Of a stretch of DNA of 64,000 nt, positions 48,701 to 63,700 are shown in pieces; the first letter of the stretch is position 1; every line of letters starts with the position of its first letter. The stretch lies in contig OZ038379.1 in NCBI GenBank assembly GCA_964036045.1, positions 32,860,001 to 32,924,000 of the forward strand, written 5' to 3'. The position numbers were made by a program, and so were the translations under genes. This DNA is from Eutreptiella sp. 'Long Island Sound 2002'. Taxonomy: Eukaryota > Protista > Euglenida. The notes beneath the pieces were generated by a model. It ran no database searches. It was given only the letters and a program-made list of their open reading frames with translations, and was not told where the DNA came from.

Positions 48701-51700
48701 AGGACCGCATACTTGAAGTAATGGAGCACTCGTGTCACCCACTGGGGATGGTTCCACACCAGGGCCAGGTCATGCAACTCCTTAAGACACAGCGGCGGCA
48801 CAGCCTTTTCGCGGCGCTCGGGTGCCTCCGATAGGTTGTTGACCTTGTCGGAGAGGGAGTTGATGAGGGCGGCCTATCCTTCCAAGAGACTCAGCACGGC
48901 GGGGTCAATAGCCTTACCTGTATCCTCTGCAGGCACATGGATCTTTTCAAAAGCTCCGGAGGCAATGTTAAGCTGCACCTGCTTTGTCATGGTGCACCCA
49001 ATTAGGTTTTCGACGAGCGCTTCTTTTGTCCCCGTGAATCCCGCTGCCGCATAGATCTTCCATTCCTGGGGATTCCCCCACCCTGGAGCAGGCTTCAGCC
49101 ATGAGTGGAGGAGGTCACGTGCTGCAAATTGGCGGTCTCCCGGGGAATCCACTGATGCTTTTGATAAGCGCCACAGCCTGTCCCACCGTAATTGTGGGAT
49201 CCAGCCCGGAGTGGCCACCGCCTTGAGTCCTGAAATACAACCCTTGGCTGTTCCGGCTTTCTGGCCCTAAGCAAACATGGACAAGAGGACCTTTTCACCC
49301 AATATATGCATGTCGGTCGCTGGGATGGAGCCCCTAAACTGGGCAAATCGCCGTAAGTGGCTGGCATATGTCCGTCTGGTTGCTGGTCTCCAAGTCGACA
49401 CCAGGCACACTGATGGGCATTCCGTGGGGTCGGTCTCACCCAGGATTTGCCATGCGTCCACCACCGCCGGCCAATCGATGATACCCTGGGAAGCCATATG
49501 GGATTGCGTGAATTCGGAGCCCCTCCCCGTGAAGCGGTCCAGTCGTTGTAGCATTTCCGATGTGTCCAACGGCCGGACTGCCAGATCCCGTTACTCCGGC
49601 CGGAGGCAAATCCACACCCAGTGCCGCTCGATGAGCCCGTGCACCTTGCAGGTCTTGCAGGGTCCCACTTGGGCGGAATATGATCCGACCCACTCTCCTT
49701 TATGCACCTCGAAGGATCCAACTCCATCTACCACTTTAAACCAACATAGCATGACCTTTTTAAGACCCCCCCCCCCGAGGCTCATACCTGCCGTGAAATC
49801 CAGGTCCGCTGACGCTTGCTGAGAGGAACTTGACTCTGTTTCATACCTTTCTTTATAACAGTGGATGGACGACCAAACCAGCAGCCAAAGGGACTCAATC
49901 ATCAAGACCGCCGAACTATTCAAGGATAGCACAGCAGGGGGCGTGTCTAGGCTTCCGTCCGTAGGGGTATCTCCTGAAGCTCCTCCGGCCCCCACCACCT
50001 CAGCCCATACCGTGGTGTCTTTCTTGTGCTCCTCCGACAGGTTGCACAACAGCGGCTTCTGTGCTCCATCATCCCATTGGGGGCTCATGCGCATGGAGTC
50101 TAAGGGCAGGGAATCCTTAAGGACCTCATACTTGAAGTAATGGAGCACTCGTGTCACCCACTGGGGATGGTTCCACACCAGGGCCAGGTCATGCAACTCC
50201 TTAAGACACAGCGGCGGCACAGCCTTTTCGCGGCGCTCGGGTGCCTCCGATAGGTTGTTGACCTTGTCGGAGAGGGGATTGATGAGGGCGGCCTATCCTT
50301 CCAAGAGACTCAGCACGGCGGGGTCAATAGCCTTACATGTATCCTCTGCAGGCACATGGATCTTTTCAAAAGCTCCGGAGGCAATGTTAAGCTGCACCTG
50401 CTTTGTCATGGTGTACCCAATTAGGTTTTCGACGAGCGCTTCTTTTGTCCCCGTGAATCCCGCTGCCGCATAGATCTTCCATTCCTGGGGATTCCCCCAC
50501 CCTGGAGCAGGCTTCAGCCATGAGTGGAGGAGGTCACGTGCTGCAAATTGGCGGTCTCCCGGGGAATCCACTGATGCTTTTGATAAGCGCCACAGCCTGT
50601 CCCACCGTAATTGTGGGATCCAGCCCGGAGTGGCCACCGCCTTGAGTCCTGAAATACAACCCTTGGCTGTTCCGGCTTTCTGGCCCTAAGCAAACATGGA
50701 GAGGAGGACCTTTTCACCCAATATCTGCATGTCGGTCGCTGGGATGGAGCCCCTAAACTGGGCAAATCGCCGTAAGTGGCTGGCATATGTCCGTCTGGTT
50801 GCTGGTCTCCAAGTCGACACCAGGCACACTGATGGGCATTCCGTGGGGTCGGTCTCACCCAGGATTTGCCATGCGTCCACCACCGCCGGCCAATCGATGA
50901 TACCCTGGGAAGCCATATGGGATTGCGTGAATTCGGAGCCCCTCCCCGTGAAGCGGTCCAGTCGTTGTAGCATTTCCGATGTGTCCAACGGCCGGACTGC
51001 CAGATCCCGTTCCTCCGGCCGGAGGCAAATCCACACCCAGTGCCGCTCGATGAGCCCGTGCCCCTTGCAGGTCTTGCAGGGTCCCACTTGGGCGGAATAT
51101 GATCCGACCCACTCTCCTTTATGCACCTCGAAGGATCCAACTCCATCTACCACTTTAAACCAACATAGCATGACCTTTTTAAGACGCCCCCCCCCCCCCG
51201 AGGCTCATACCTGCCGTGAAATCCAGGTCCGCTGACGCTTGCTGAGAGGAACTTGACTCTGTTTCATACCTTTCTTTATAACAGTGGATGGACGACCAAA
51301 CCAGCAGCCAAAGGGACTCAATCATCAAGACCGCCGAACTATTCAAGGATAGCACAGCAGGGGGCGTGTCTAGGCTTCCGTCCGTAGGGGTATCTCCTGA
51401 AGCTCCTCCGGCCCCCACCACCTCAGCCCATACCGTGGTGTCTTTCTTGTGCTCCTCCGACAGGTTGCACAACAGCGGCTTCTGTGCTCCATCATCCCAT
51501 TGGGGGGTCATGCGCATGGAGTCTAAGGGCAGGGAATCCTTAAGGACCTCATACTTGAAGTAATGGAGCACTCGTGTCACCCACTGGGGATGGTTCCACA
51601 CCAGGGCCAGGTCATGCAACTCCTTAAGACACAGCGGCGGCACAGCCTTTTCGCGGCGCTCGGGTGCCTCCGATAGGTTGTTGACCTTGTCGGAGAGGGG

Positions 51701-54700
51701 ATTGATGAGGGCGGCCTATCCTTCCAAGAGACTCAGCACGGCGGGGTCAATAGCCTTACATGTATCCTCTGCAGGCACATGGATCTTTTCAAAAGCTCCG
51801 GAGGCAATGTTAAGCTGCACCTGCTTTGTCATGGTGTACCCAATTAGGTTTTCGACGAGCGCTTCTTTTGTCCCCGTGAATCCCGCTGCCGCATAGATCT
51901 TCCATTCCTGGGGATTCCCCCACCCTGGAGCAGGCTTCAGCCATGAGTGGAGGAGGTCACGTGCTGCAAATTGGCGGTCTCCCGGGGAATCCACTGATGC
52001 TTTTGATAAGCGCCACAGCCTGTCCCACCGTAATTGTGGGATCCAGCCCGGAGTGGCCACCGCCTTGAGTCCTGAAATACAACCCTTGGCTGTTCCGGCT
52101 TTCTGGCCCTAAGCAAACATGGAGAGGAGGACCTTTTCACCCAATATCTGCATGTCGGTCGCTGGGATGGAGCCCCTAAACTGGGCAAATCGCCGTAAGT
52201 GGCTGGCATATGTCCGTCTGGTTGCTGGTCTCCAAGTCGACACCAGGCACACTGATGGGCATTCCGTGGGGTCGGTCTCACCCAGGATTTGCCATGCGTC
52301 CACCACCGCCGGCCAATCGATGATACCCTGGGAAGCCATATGGGATTGCGTGAATTCGGAGCCCCTCCCCGTGAAGCGGTCCAGTCGTTGTAGCATTTCC
52401 GATGTGTCCAACGGCCGGACTGCCAGATCCCGTTACTCCGGCCGGAGGCAAATCCACACCCAGTGCCGCTCGATGAGCCCGTGCCCCTTGCAGGTCTTGC
52501 AGGGTCCCACTTGGGCGGAATATGATCCGACCCACTCTCCTTTATGCACCTCGAAGGATCCAACTCCATCTACCACTTTAAACCAACATAGCATGACCTT
52601 TTTAAGACGCCCCCCCCCCCCGAGGCTCATACCTGCCGTGAAATCCAGGTCCGCTGACGCTTGCTGAGAGGAACTTGACTCTGTTTCATACCTTTCTTTA
52701 TAACAGTGGATGGACGACCAAACCAGCAGCCAAAGGGACTCAATCATCAAGACCGCCGAACTATTCAAGGATAGCACAGCAGGGGGCGTGTCTAGGCTTC
52801 CGTCCGTAGGGGTATCTCCTGAAGCTCCTCCGGCCCCCACCACCTCAGCCCATACCGTGGTGTCTTTCTTGTGCTCCTCCGACAGGTTGCACAACAGCGG
52901 CTTCTGTGCTCCATCATCCCATTGGGGGGTCATGCGCATGGAGTCTAAGGGCAGGGAATCCTTAAGGACCGCATACTTGAAGTAATGGAGCACTCGTGTC
53001 ACCCACTGGGGATGGTTCCACACCAGGGCCAGGTCATGCAACTCCTTAAGACACAGCGGCGGCACAGCCTTTTCGCGGCGCTCGGGTGCCTCCGATAGGT
53101 TGTTGACCTTGTCGGAGAGGGAGTTGATGAGGGCGGCCTATCCTTCCAAGAGACTCAGCACGGCGGGGTCAATAGCCTTACCTGTATCCTCTGCAGGCAC
53201 ATGGATCTTTTCAAAAGCTCCGGAGGCAATGTTAAGCTGCACCTGCTTTGTCATGGTGTACCCAATTAGGTTTTCGACGAGCGCTTCTTTTGTCCCCGTG
53301 AATCCCGCTGCCGCATAGATCTTCCATTCCTGGGGATTCCCCCACCCTGGAGCAGGCTTCAGCCATGAGTGGAGGAGGTCACGTGCTGCAAATTGGCGGT
53401 CTCCCGGGGAATCCACTGATGATTTGATAAGCGCCACAGCCTGTCCCACCGTAATTGTGGGATCCAGCCCGGAGTGGCCACCGCCTTGAGTCCTGAAATA
53501 CAACCCTTGGCTGTTCCGGCTTTCTGGCCCTAAGCAAACATGGAGAGGAGGACCTTTTCACCCAATATCTGCATGTCGGTCGCTGGGATGGAGCCCCTAA
53601 ACTGGGCAAATCGCCGTAAGTGGCTGGCATATGTCCGTCTGGTTGCTGGTCTCCAAGTCGACACCAGGCACACTGATGGGCAATCCGTGGGGTCGGTCTC
53701 ACCCAGGATTTGCCATGCGCCCACCACCGCCGGCCAATCGATGATACCCTGGGAAGCCATATGGGATTGCGTGAATTCGGAGCCCCTGCCCGTGAAGCGG
53801 TCCAGTCGTTGTAGCATTTCCGATGTGTCCAACGGCCGGACTGCCAGATCCCGTTACTCCGGCCGGAGGCAAATCCACACCCAGTGCCGCTCGATGAGCC
53901 CGTGCCCCTTGCAGGTCTTGCAGGGTCCCACTTGGGCGGAATATGATCCGACCCACTCTCCTTTATGCACCTCGAAGGATCCAACTCCATCTACCACTTT
54001 AAACCAACATAGCATGACCTTTTTAAGACGCCCCCCCCCCCTCGAGGCTCATACTTGCCGTGAAATCCAGGTCCGCTGACGCTTGCTGAGAGGAACTTGA
54101 CTCTGTTTCATACCTTTCTTTATAACAGTGGATGGACGACCAAACCAGCAGCCAAAGGGACTCAATCATCAAGACCGCCGAACTATTCAAGGATAGCACA
54201 GCAGGGGGCGTGTCTAGGCTTCCGTCCGTAGGGGTATCTCCTGAAGCTCCTCCGGCCCCCACCACCTCAGCCCATACCGTGGTGTCTTTCTTGTGCTCCT
54301 CCGACAGGTTGCACAACAGCGGCTTCTGTGCTCCATCATCCCATTGGGGGGTCATGCGCATGGAGTCTAAGGGCAGGGAATCCTTAAGGACCTCATACTT
54401 GAAGTAATGGAGCACTCGTGTCACCCACTGGGGATGGTTCCACACCAGGGCCAGGTCATGCAACTCCTTAAGACACAGCGGCGGCACAGCCTTTTCGCGG
54501 CGCTCGGGTGCCTCCGATAGGTTGTTGACCTTGTCGGAGAGGGAGTTGATGAGGGCGGCCTATCCTTCCAAGAGACTCAGCACGGCGGGGTCAATAGCCT
54601 TACCTGTATCCTCTGCAGGCACATGGATCTTTTCAAAAGCTCCGGAGGCAATGTTAAGCTGCACCTGCTTTGTCATGGTGTACCCAATTAGGTTTTCGAC

Positions 54701-57700
54701 GAGCGCTTCTTTTGTCCCCGTGAATCCCGCTGCCGCATAGATCTTCCATTCCTGGGGATTCCCCCACCCTGGAGCAGGCTTCAGCCATGAGTGGAGGAGG
54801 TCACGTGCTGCAAATTGGCGGTCTCCCGGGGAATCCACTGATGCTTTTGATAAGCGCCACAGCCTGTCCCACCGTAATTGTGGGATCCAGCCCGGAGTGG
54901 CCACCGCCCTGAGTCCTGAAATACAACCCTTGGCTGTTCCGGCTTTCTGGCCCTAAGCAAACATGGAGAGGAGGACCTTTTCACCCAATATCTGCATGTC
55001 GGTCGCTGGGATGGAGCCCCTAAACTGGGCAAATCGCCGTAAGTGGCTGGCATATGTCCGTCTGGTTGCTGGTCTCCAAGTCGACACCAGGCACACTGAT
55101 GGGCAATCCGTGGGGTCGGTCTCACCCAGGATTTGCCATGCGTCCACCACCGCCGGCCAATCGATGATACCCTGGGAAGCCATATGGGATTGCGTGAATT
55201 CGGAGCCCCCGCCCGTGAAGCGGTCCAGTCGTTGTAGCATTTCCGATGTGTCCAACGGCCGGACTGCCAGATCCCGTTACTCCGGCCGGAGGCAAATCCA
55301 CACCCAGTGCCGCTCGATGAGCCCGTGCCCCTTGCAGGTCTTGCAGGGTCCCACTTGGGCGGAATATGATCCGACCCACTCTCCTTTATGCACCTCGAAG
55401 GATCCAACTCCATCTACCACTTTAAACCAACATAGCATGACCTTTTTAAGACGCCCCCCCCCCCCCCTCGAGGCTCATACCTGCCGTGAAATCCAGGTCC
55501 GCTGATGCTTGCTGAGAGGAACTTGACTCTGTTTCATACCTTTCTTTATAGCAGTGGATGGACGACCAAACCAGCAGCCAAAGGGACTCAATCATCAAGA
55601 CCGCCGAACTATTCAAGGAAAGCACAGCAGGGGGCGTGTCTAGGCTTCCGTCCGTAGGGGTATCTCCTGAAGCTCCTCCGGCCCCCACCACCTCAGCCCA
55701 TACCGTGGTGTCTTTCTTGTGCTCCTCCGACAGGTTGCACAACAGCGGCTTCTGTGCTCCATCATCCCATTGGGGGGTCATGCGCATGGAGTCTAAGGGC
55801 AAGGAATCCTTAAGGACCGCATACTTGAAGTAATGGAGCACTCGTGTCACCCACTGGGGATGGTTCCACACCAGGGCCAGGTCATGCAACTCCTTAAGAC
55901 ACAGCAGCGGCACAGCCTTTTCGCGGCGCTCGGGTGCCTCCGATAGGTTGTTGACCTTGTCGGAGAGGGAGTTGATGAGGGCGGCCTATCCTTCCAAGAG
56001 ACTCAGCACGGCGGGGTCAATAGCCTTACCTGTATCCTCTGCAGGCACATGGATCTTTTCAAAAGCTCCGGAGGCAATGTTAAGCTGCACCTGCTTTGTC
56101 ATGGTGTACCCAATTAGGTTTTCGACGAGCGCTTCTTTTGTCCCCGTGAATCCCGCTGCCGCATAGATCTTCCATTCCTGGGGATTCCCCCACCCTGGAG
56201 CAGGCTTCAGCCATGAGTGGAGGAGGTCACGTGCCGCAAATTGGCGGTCTCCCGGGGAATCCACTGATGCTTTTGATAAGCGCCACAGCCTGTCCCACCG
56301 TAATTGTGGGATCCAGCCCGGAGTGGCCACCGCCTTGAGTCCTGAAATACAACCCTTGGCTGTTCCGGCTTTCTGGCCCTAAGCAAACATGGAGAGGAGG
56401 ACCTTTTCACCCAATATCTGCATGTCGGTCGCTGGGATGGAGCCCCTAAACTGGGCAAATCGCCGTAAGTGGCTGGCATATGTCCGTCTGGTTGCTGGTC
56501 TCCAAGTCGACACCAGGCACACTGATGGGCATTCCGTGGGGTCGGTCTCACCCAGGATTTGCCATGCGTCCACCACCGCCGGCCAATCGATGATACCCTG
56601 GGAAGCCATATGGGATTGCGTGAATTCGGAGCCCCTCCCCGTGAAGCGGTCCAGTCGTTGTAGCATTTCCGATGTGTCCAACGGCCGGACTGCCAGATCC
56701 CGTTACTCCGGCCGGAGGCAAATCCACACCCAGTGCCGCTCGATGAGCCCGTGCCCCTTGCAGGTCTTGCAGGGTCCCACTTGGGCGGAATATGATCCGA
56801 CCCACTCTCCTTTATGCACCTCGAAGGATCCAACTCCATCTACCACTTTAAACCAACATAGCATGACCTTTTTAAGACGCCCCCCCCCCCCCCCGAGGCT
56901 CATACCTGCCGTGAAATCCAGGTCCGCTGACGCTTGCTGAGAGGAACTTGACTCTGTTTCATACCTTTCTTTATAACAGTGGATGGACGACCAAACCAGC
57001 AGCCAAAGGGACTCAATCATCAAGACCGCCGAACTATTCAAGGATAGCACAGCAGGGGGTGTGTCTAGGCTTCCGTCCGTAGGGGTATCTCCTGAAGCTA
57101 CTCCGGCCCCCACCACCTCAGCCCATACCGTGGTGTCTTTCTTGTGCTCCTCCGACAGGTTGCACAACAGCGGCTTCTGTGCTCCATCATCCCATTGGGG
57201 GGTCATGCGCATGGAGTCTAAGGGCAGGGAATCCTTAAGGACCGCATACTTGAAGTAATGGAGCACCCGTGTCACCCATTGGGGATGGTTCCACACCAGG
57301 GCCAGGTCATGCAACTCCTTAAGACACAGCGGCGGCACAGCCTTTTCGCGGCGCTCGGGTGCCTCCGATAGGTTGTTGACCTTGTCGGAGAGGGAGTTGA
57401 TGAGGGCGGCCTATCCTTCCAAGAGACTCAGCACAGCGGGGTCAATAGCCTTACCTGTATCCTCTGCAGGCACATGGATCTTTTCAAAAGCTCCGGAGGC
57501 AATGTTAAGCTGCACTTGCTTTGTCATGGTGTACCCAATTAGGTTTTCGACGAGCGCTTCTTTTGTCCCCGTGAATCCCGCTGCCGCATAGATCTTCCAT
57601 TCCTGGGGATTCCCCCACCCTGGAGCAGGCTTCAGCCATGAGTGGAGGAGGTCACGTGCTGCAAATTGGCGGTCTCCCGGGGAATCCACTGATGCTTTTA

Positions 57701-60700
57701 ATAAGCGCCACAGCCTGTCCCACCGTAATTGTGGGATCCAGCCCGGAGTGGCCACCGCCTTGAGTCCTGAAATACAACCCTTGGCTGTTCCGGCTTTCTG
57801 GCCCTAAGCAAACATGGAGAGGAGGACCTTTTCACCCAATATCTGCATGTCGGTCGCTGGGATGGAGCCCCTAAACTGGGCAAATCGCCGTAAGTGGCTG
57901 GCATATGTCCGTCTGGTTGCTGGTCTCCAAGTCGACACCACGCACACTGATGGGCATTCCGTGGGGTCGGTCTCACCCAGGATTTGCCATGCGTCCACCA
58001 CCGCCGGCCAATCGATGATACCCCGGGAAGCCATATGGGATTGCGTGAATTCGGAGCCCCTCCCCGTGAAGCGGTCCAGTCGTTGTAGCATTTCCGATGT
58101 GTCCAACGGCCGGACTGCCAGATCCCGTTACTCCGGCCGGAGGCAAATCCACACCCAGTGCCGCTCGATGAGCCCGTGCCCCTTGCAGGTCTTGCGGGGT
58201 CCCACTTGGGCGGAATATGATCCGACCCACTCTCCTTTATGCACCTCGAAGGATCCAACTCCATCTACCACTTTAAACCAACATAGCATGACCTTTTTAA
58301 GACGCCCCCCCCCCGAGGCTCATACCTGCCGTGAAATCGAGGTCCGCTGACGCTTGCTGAGAGGAACTTGACTCTGTTTCATACCTTTCTTTATAACAGT
58401 GGATGGACGACCAAACCAGCAGCCAAAGGGACTCAATCATCAAGACCGCCGAACTATTCAAGGATAGCACAGCAGGGGGCGTGTCTAGGCTTCCGTCCGT
58501 AGGGGTATCTCCTGAAGCTCCTCCGGCCCCCACCACCTCAGCCCATACCGTGGTGTCTTTCTTGTGCTCCTCCGACAGGTTGCACAACAGCGGCTTCTGT
58601 GCTCCATCATCCCATTGGGGGGTCATGCGCATGGAGTCTAAGGGCAGGGAATCCTTAAGGACCGCATACTTGAAGTAATGGAGCACCCGTGTCACCCACT
58701 GGGGATGGTTCCACACCAGGGCCAGGTCATGCAACTCCTTAAGACACAGCGGCGGCACAGCCTTTTCGCGGCGCTCGGGTGCCTCCGATAGGTTGTTGAC
58801 CTTGTCGGAGAGGGAGTTGATGAGGGCGGCCTATCCTTCCAAGAGACTCAGCACGGCGGGGTCAATAGCCTTACCTGTATCCTCTGCAGGCACATGGATC
58901 TTTTCAAAAGCTCCGGAGGCAATGTTAAGCTGCACTTGCTTTGTCATGGTGTACCCAATTAGGTTTTCGACGAGCGCTTCTTTTGTCCCCGTGAATCCCG
59001 CTGCCGCATAGATCTTCCATTCCTGGGGATTCCCCCACCCTGGAGCAGGCTTCAGCCATGAGTGGAGGAGGTCACGTGCTGCAAATTGGCGGTCTCCCGG
59101 GGAATCCACTGATGCTTTTGATAAGCGCCACAGCCTGTCCCACCGTAATTGTGGGATCCAGCCCGGAGTGGCCACCGCCTTGAGTCCTGAAATACAACCC
59201 TTGGCTGTTCCGGCTTTCTGGCCCTAAGCAAACATGGAGAGGAGGACCTTTTCACCCAATATCTGCATGTCGGTCGCTGGGATGGAGCCCCTAAACTGGG
59301 CAAATCGCCGTAAGTGGCTGGCATATGTCCGTCTGGTTGCTGGTCTCCAAGTCGACACCACGCACACTGATGGGCATTCCGTGGGGTCGGTCTCACCCAG
59401 GATTTGCCATGCGTCCACCACCGCCGGCCAATCGATGATACCCTGGGAAGCCATATGGGATTGCGTGAATTCGGAGCCCCTCCCCGTGAAGCGGTCCAGT
59501 CGTTGTAGCATTTCCGATGTGTCCAACGGCCGGACTGCCAGATCCCGTTACTCCGGCCGGAGGCAAATCCACACCCAGTGCCGCTCGATGAGCCCGTGCC
59601 CCTTGCAGGTCTTGCGGGGTCCCACTTGGGCGGAATATGATCCGACCCACTCTCCTTTATGCACCTCGAAGGATCCAACTCCATCTACCACTTTAAACCA
59701 ACATAGCATGACCTTTTTAAGACGCCCCCCCCCCCCCCCCGAGGCTCATACCTGCCGTGAAATCGAGGTCCGCTGACGCTTGCTGAGAGGAACTTGACTC
59801 TGTTTCATACCTTTCTTTATAACAGTGGATGGACGACCAAACCAGCAGCCAAAGGGACTCAATCATCAAGACCGCCGAACTATTCAAGGATAGCACAGCA
59901 GGGGGCGTGTCTAGGCTTCCGTCCGTAGGGGTATCTCCTGAAGCTCCTCCGGCCCCCACCACCTCAGCCCATACCGTGGTGTCTTTCTTGTGCTCCTCCG
60001 ACAGGTTGCACAACAGCGGCTTCTGTGCTCCATCATCCCATTGGGGGGTCATGCGCATGGAGTCTAAGGGCAGGGAATCCTTAAGGACCGCATACTTGAA
60101 GTAATGGAGCACCCGTGTCACCCACTGGGGATGGTTCCACACCAGGGCCAGGTCATGCAACTCCTTAAGACACAGCGGCGGCACAGCCTTTTCGCGGCGC
60201 TCGGGTGCCTCCGATAGGTTGTTGACCTTGTCGGAGAGGGAGTTGATGAGGGCGGCCTATCCTTCCAAGAGACTCAGCACGGCGGGGTCAATAGCCTTAC
60301 CTGTATCCTCTGCAGGCACATGGATCTTTTCAAAAGCTCCGGAGGCAATGTTAAGCTGCACTTGCTTTGTCATGGTGTACCCAATTAGGTTTTCGACGAG
60401 CGCTTCTTTTGTCCCCGTGAATCCCGCTGCCGCATAGATCTTCCATTCCTGGGGATTCCCCCACCCTGGAGCAGGCTTCAGCCATGAGTGGAGGAGGTCA
60501 CGTGCTGCAAATTGGCGGTCTCCCGGGGAATCCACTGATGCTTTTGATAAGCGCCACAGCCTGTCCCACCGTAATTGTGGGATCCAGCCCGGAGTGGCCA
60601 CCGCCTTGAGTCCTGAAATACAACCCTTGGCTGTTCCGGCTTTCTGGCCCTAAGCGAACATGGAGAGGAGGACCTTTTCACCCAATATCTGCATGTCGGT

Positions 60701-63700
60701 CGCTGGGATGGAGCCCCTAAACTGGGCAAATCGCCGTAAGTGGCTGGCATATGTCCGTCTGGTTGCTGGTCTCCAAGTCGACACCACGCACACTGATGGG
60801 CATTCCGTGGGGTCGGTCTCACCCAGGATTTGCCATGCGTCCACCACCGCCGGCCAATCGATGATACCCTGGGAAGCCATATGGGATTGCGTGAATTCGG
60901 AGCCCCTCCCCGTGAAGCGGTCCAGTCGTTGTAGCATTTCCGATGTGTCCAACGGCCGGACTGCCAGATCCCGTTACTCCGGCCGGAGGCAAATCCACAC
61001 CCAGTGCCGCTCGATGAGCCCGTGCCCCTTGCAGGTCTTGCGGGGTCCCACTTGGGCGGAATATGATCCGACCCACTCTCCTTTATGCACCTCGAAGGAT
61101 CCAACTCCATCTACCACTTTAAACCAACATAGCATGACCTTTTTAAGACGCCCCCCCCCCCCCGAGGCTCATACCTGCCGTGAAATCGAGGTCCGCTGAC
61201 GCTTGCTGAGAGGAACTTGACTCTGTTTCATACCTTTCTTTATAACAGTGGATGGACGACCAAACCAGCAGCCAAAGGGACTCAATCATCAAGACCGCCG
61301 AACTATTCAAGGATAGCACAGCAGGGGGCGTGTCTAGGCTTCCGTCCGTAGGGGTATCTCCTGAAGCTCCTCCGGCCCCCACCACCTCAGCCCATACCGT
61401 GGTGTCTTTCTTGTGCTCCTCCGACAGGTTGCACAACAGCGGCTTCTGTGCTCCATCATCCCATTGGGGGCTCATGCGCATGGAGTCTAAGGGCAGGGAA
61501 TCCTTAAGGACCGCATACTTGAAGTAATGGAGCACTCGTGTCACCCACTGGGGATGGTTCCACACCAGGGCCAGGTCATGCAACTCCTTAAGACACAGCG
61601 GCGGCACAGCCTTTTCGCGGCGCTCGGGTGCCTCCGATAGGTTGTTGACCTTGTCGGAGAGGGAGTTGATGAGGGCGGCCTATCCTTCCAAGAGACTCAG
61701 CACGGCGGGGTCAATAGCCTTACCTGTATCCTCTGCAGGCACATGGATCTTTTCAAAAGCTCCGGAGGCAATGTTAAGCTGCACCTGCTTTGTCATGGTG
61801 TACCCAATTAGGTTTTCGACGAGCGCTTCTTTTGTCCCCGTGAATCCCGCTGCCGCATAGATCTTCCATTCCTGGGGATTCCCCCACCCTGGAGCAGGCT
61901 TCAGCCATGAGTGGAGGAGGTCACGTGCCGCAAATTGGCGGTCTCCCGGGGAATCCACTGATGCTTTTGATAAGCGCCACAGCCTGTCCCACCGTAATTG
62001 TGGGATCCAGCCCGGAGTGGCCACCGCCTTGAGTCCTGAAATACAACCCTTGGCTGTTCCGGCTTTCTGGCCCTAAGCAAACATGGAGAGGAGGACCTTT
62101 TCACCCAATATCTGCATGTCGGTCGCTGGGATGGAGCCCCTAAACTGGGCAAATCGCCGTAAGTGGCTGGCATATGTCCGTCTGGTTGCTGGTCTCCAAG
62201 TCGACACCAGGCACACTGATGGGCATTCCGTGGGGTCGGTCTCACCCAGGATTTGCCATGCGTCAACCACCGCCGGCCAATCGATGATACCCTGGGAAGC
62301 CATATGGGATTGCGTGAATTCGGAGCCCCTCCCCGTGAAGCGGTCCAGTCGTTGTAGCATTTCCGATGTGTCCAACGGCCGGACTGCCAGATCCCGTTAC
62401 TCCGGCCGGAGGCAAATCCACACCCAGTGCCGCTCGATGAGCCCGTGCCCCTTGCAGGTCTTGCAGGGTCCCACTTGGGCGGAATATGATCCGACCCACT
62501 CTCCTTTATGCACCTCGAAGGATCCAACTCCATCTACCACTTTAAACCAACATAGCATGACCTTTTTAAGACGCCCCCCCCCCCCCCCGAGGCTCATACC
62601 TGCCGTGAAATCGAGGTCCGCTGACGCTTGCTGAGAGGAACTTGACTCTGTTTCATACCTTTCTTTATAACAGTGGATGGACGACCAAACCAGCAGCCAA
62701 AGGGACTCAATCATCAAGACCGCCGAACTATTCAAGGATAGCACAGCAGGGGGCGTGTCTAGGCTTCCGTCCGTAGGGGTATCTCCTGAAGCTCCTCCGG
62801 CCCCCACCACCTCAGCCCATACCGTGGTGTCTTTCTTGTGCTCCTCCGACAGGTTGCACAACAGCGGCTTCTGTGCTCCATCATCCCATTGGGGGGTCAT
62901 GCGCATGGAGTCTAAGGGCAGGGAATCCTTAAGGACCGCATACTTGAAGTAATGGAGCACTCGTGTCACCCACTGGGGATGGTTCCACACCAGGGCCAGG
63001 TCATGCAACTCCTTAAGACACAGCGGCGGCACAGCCTTTTCGCGGCGCTCGGGTGCCTCCGATAGGTTGTTGACCTTGTCGGAGAGGGAGTTGATGAGGG
63101 CGGCCTATCCTTCCAAGAGACTCAGCACGGCGGGGTCAATAGCCTTACCTGTATCCTCTGCAGGCACATGGATCTTTTCAAAAGCTCCGGAGGCAATGTT
63201 AAGCTGCACCTGCTTTGTCATGGTGTACCCAATTAGGTTTTCGACGAGCGCTTCTTTTGTCCCCGTGAATCCCGCTGCCGCATAGATCTTCCATTCCTGG
63301 GGATTCCCCCACCCTGGAGCAGGCTTCAGCCATGAGTGGAGGAGGTCACGTGCTGCAAATTGGCGGTCTCCCGGGGAATCCACTGATGCTTTTGATAAGC
63401 GCCACAGCCTGTCCCACCGTAATTGTGGGATCCAGCCCGGAGTGGCCACCGCCTTGAGTCCTGAAATACAACCCTTGGCTGTTCCGGCTTTCTGGCCCTA
63501 AGCAAACATGGAGAGGAGGACCTTTTCACCCAATATCTGCATGTCGGTCGCTGGGATGGAGCCCCTAAACTGGGCAAATCGCCGTAAGTGGCTGGCATAT
63601 GTCCGTCTGGTTGCTGGTCTCCAAGTCGACACCAGGCACACTGATGGGCATTCCGTGGGGTCGGTCTCACCCAGGATTTGCCATGCGTCCACCACCGCCG

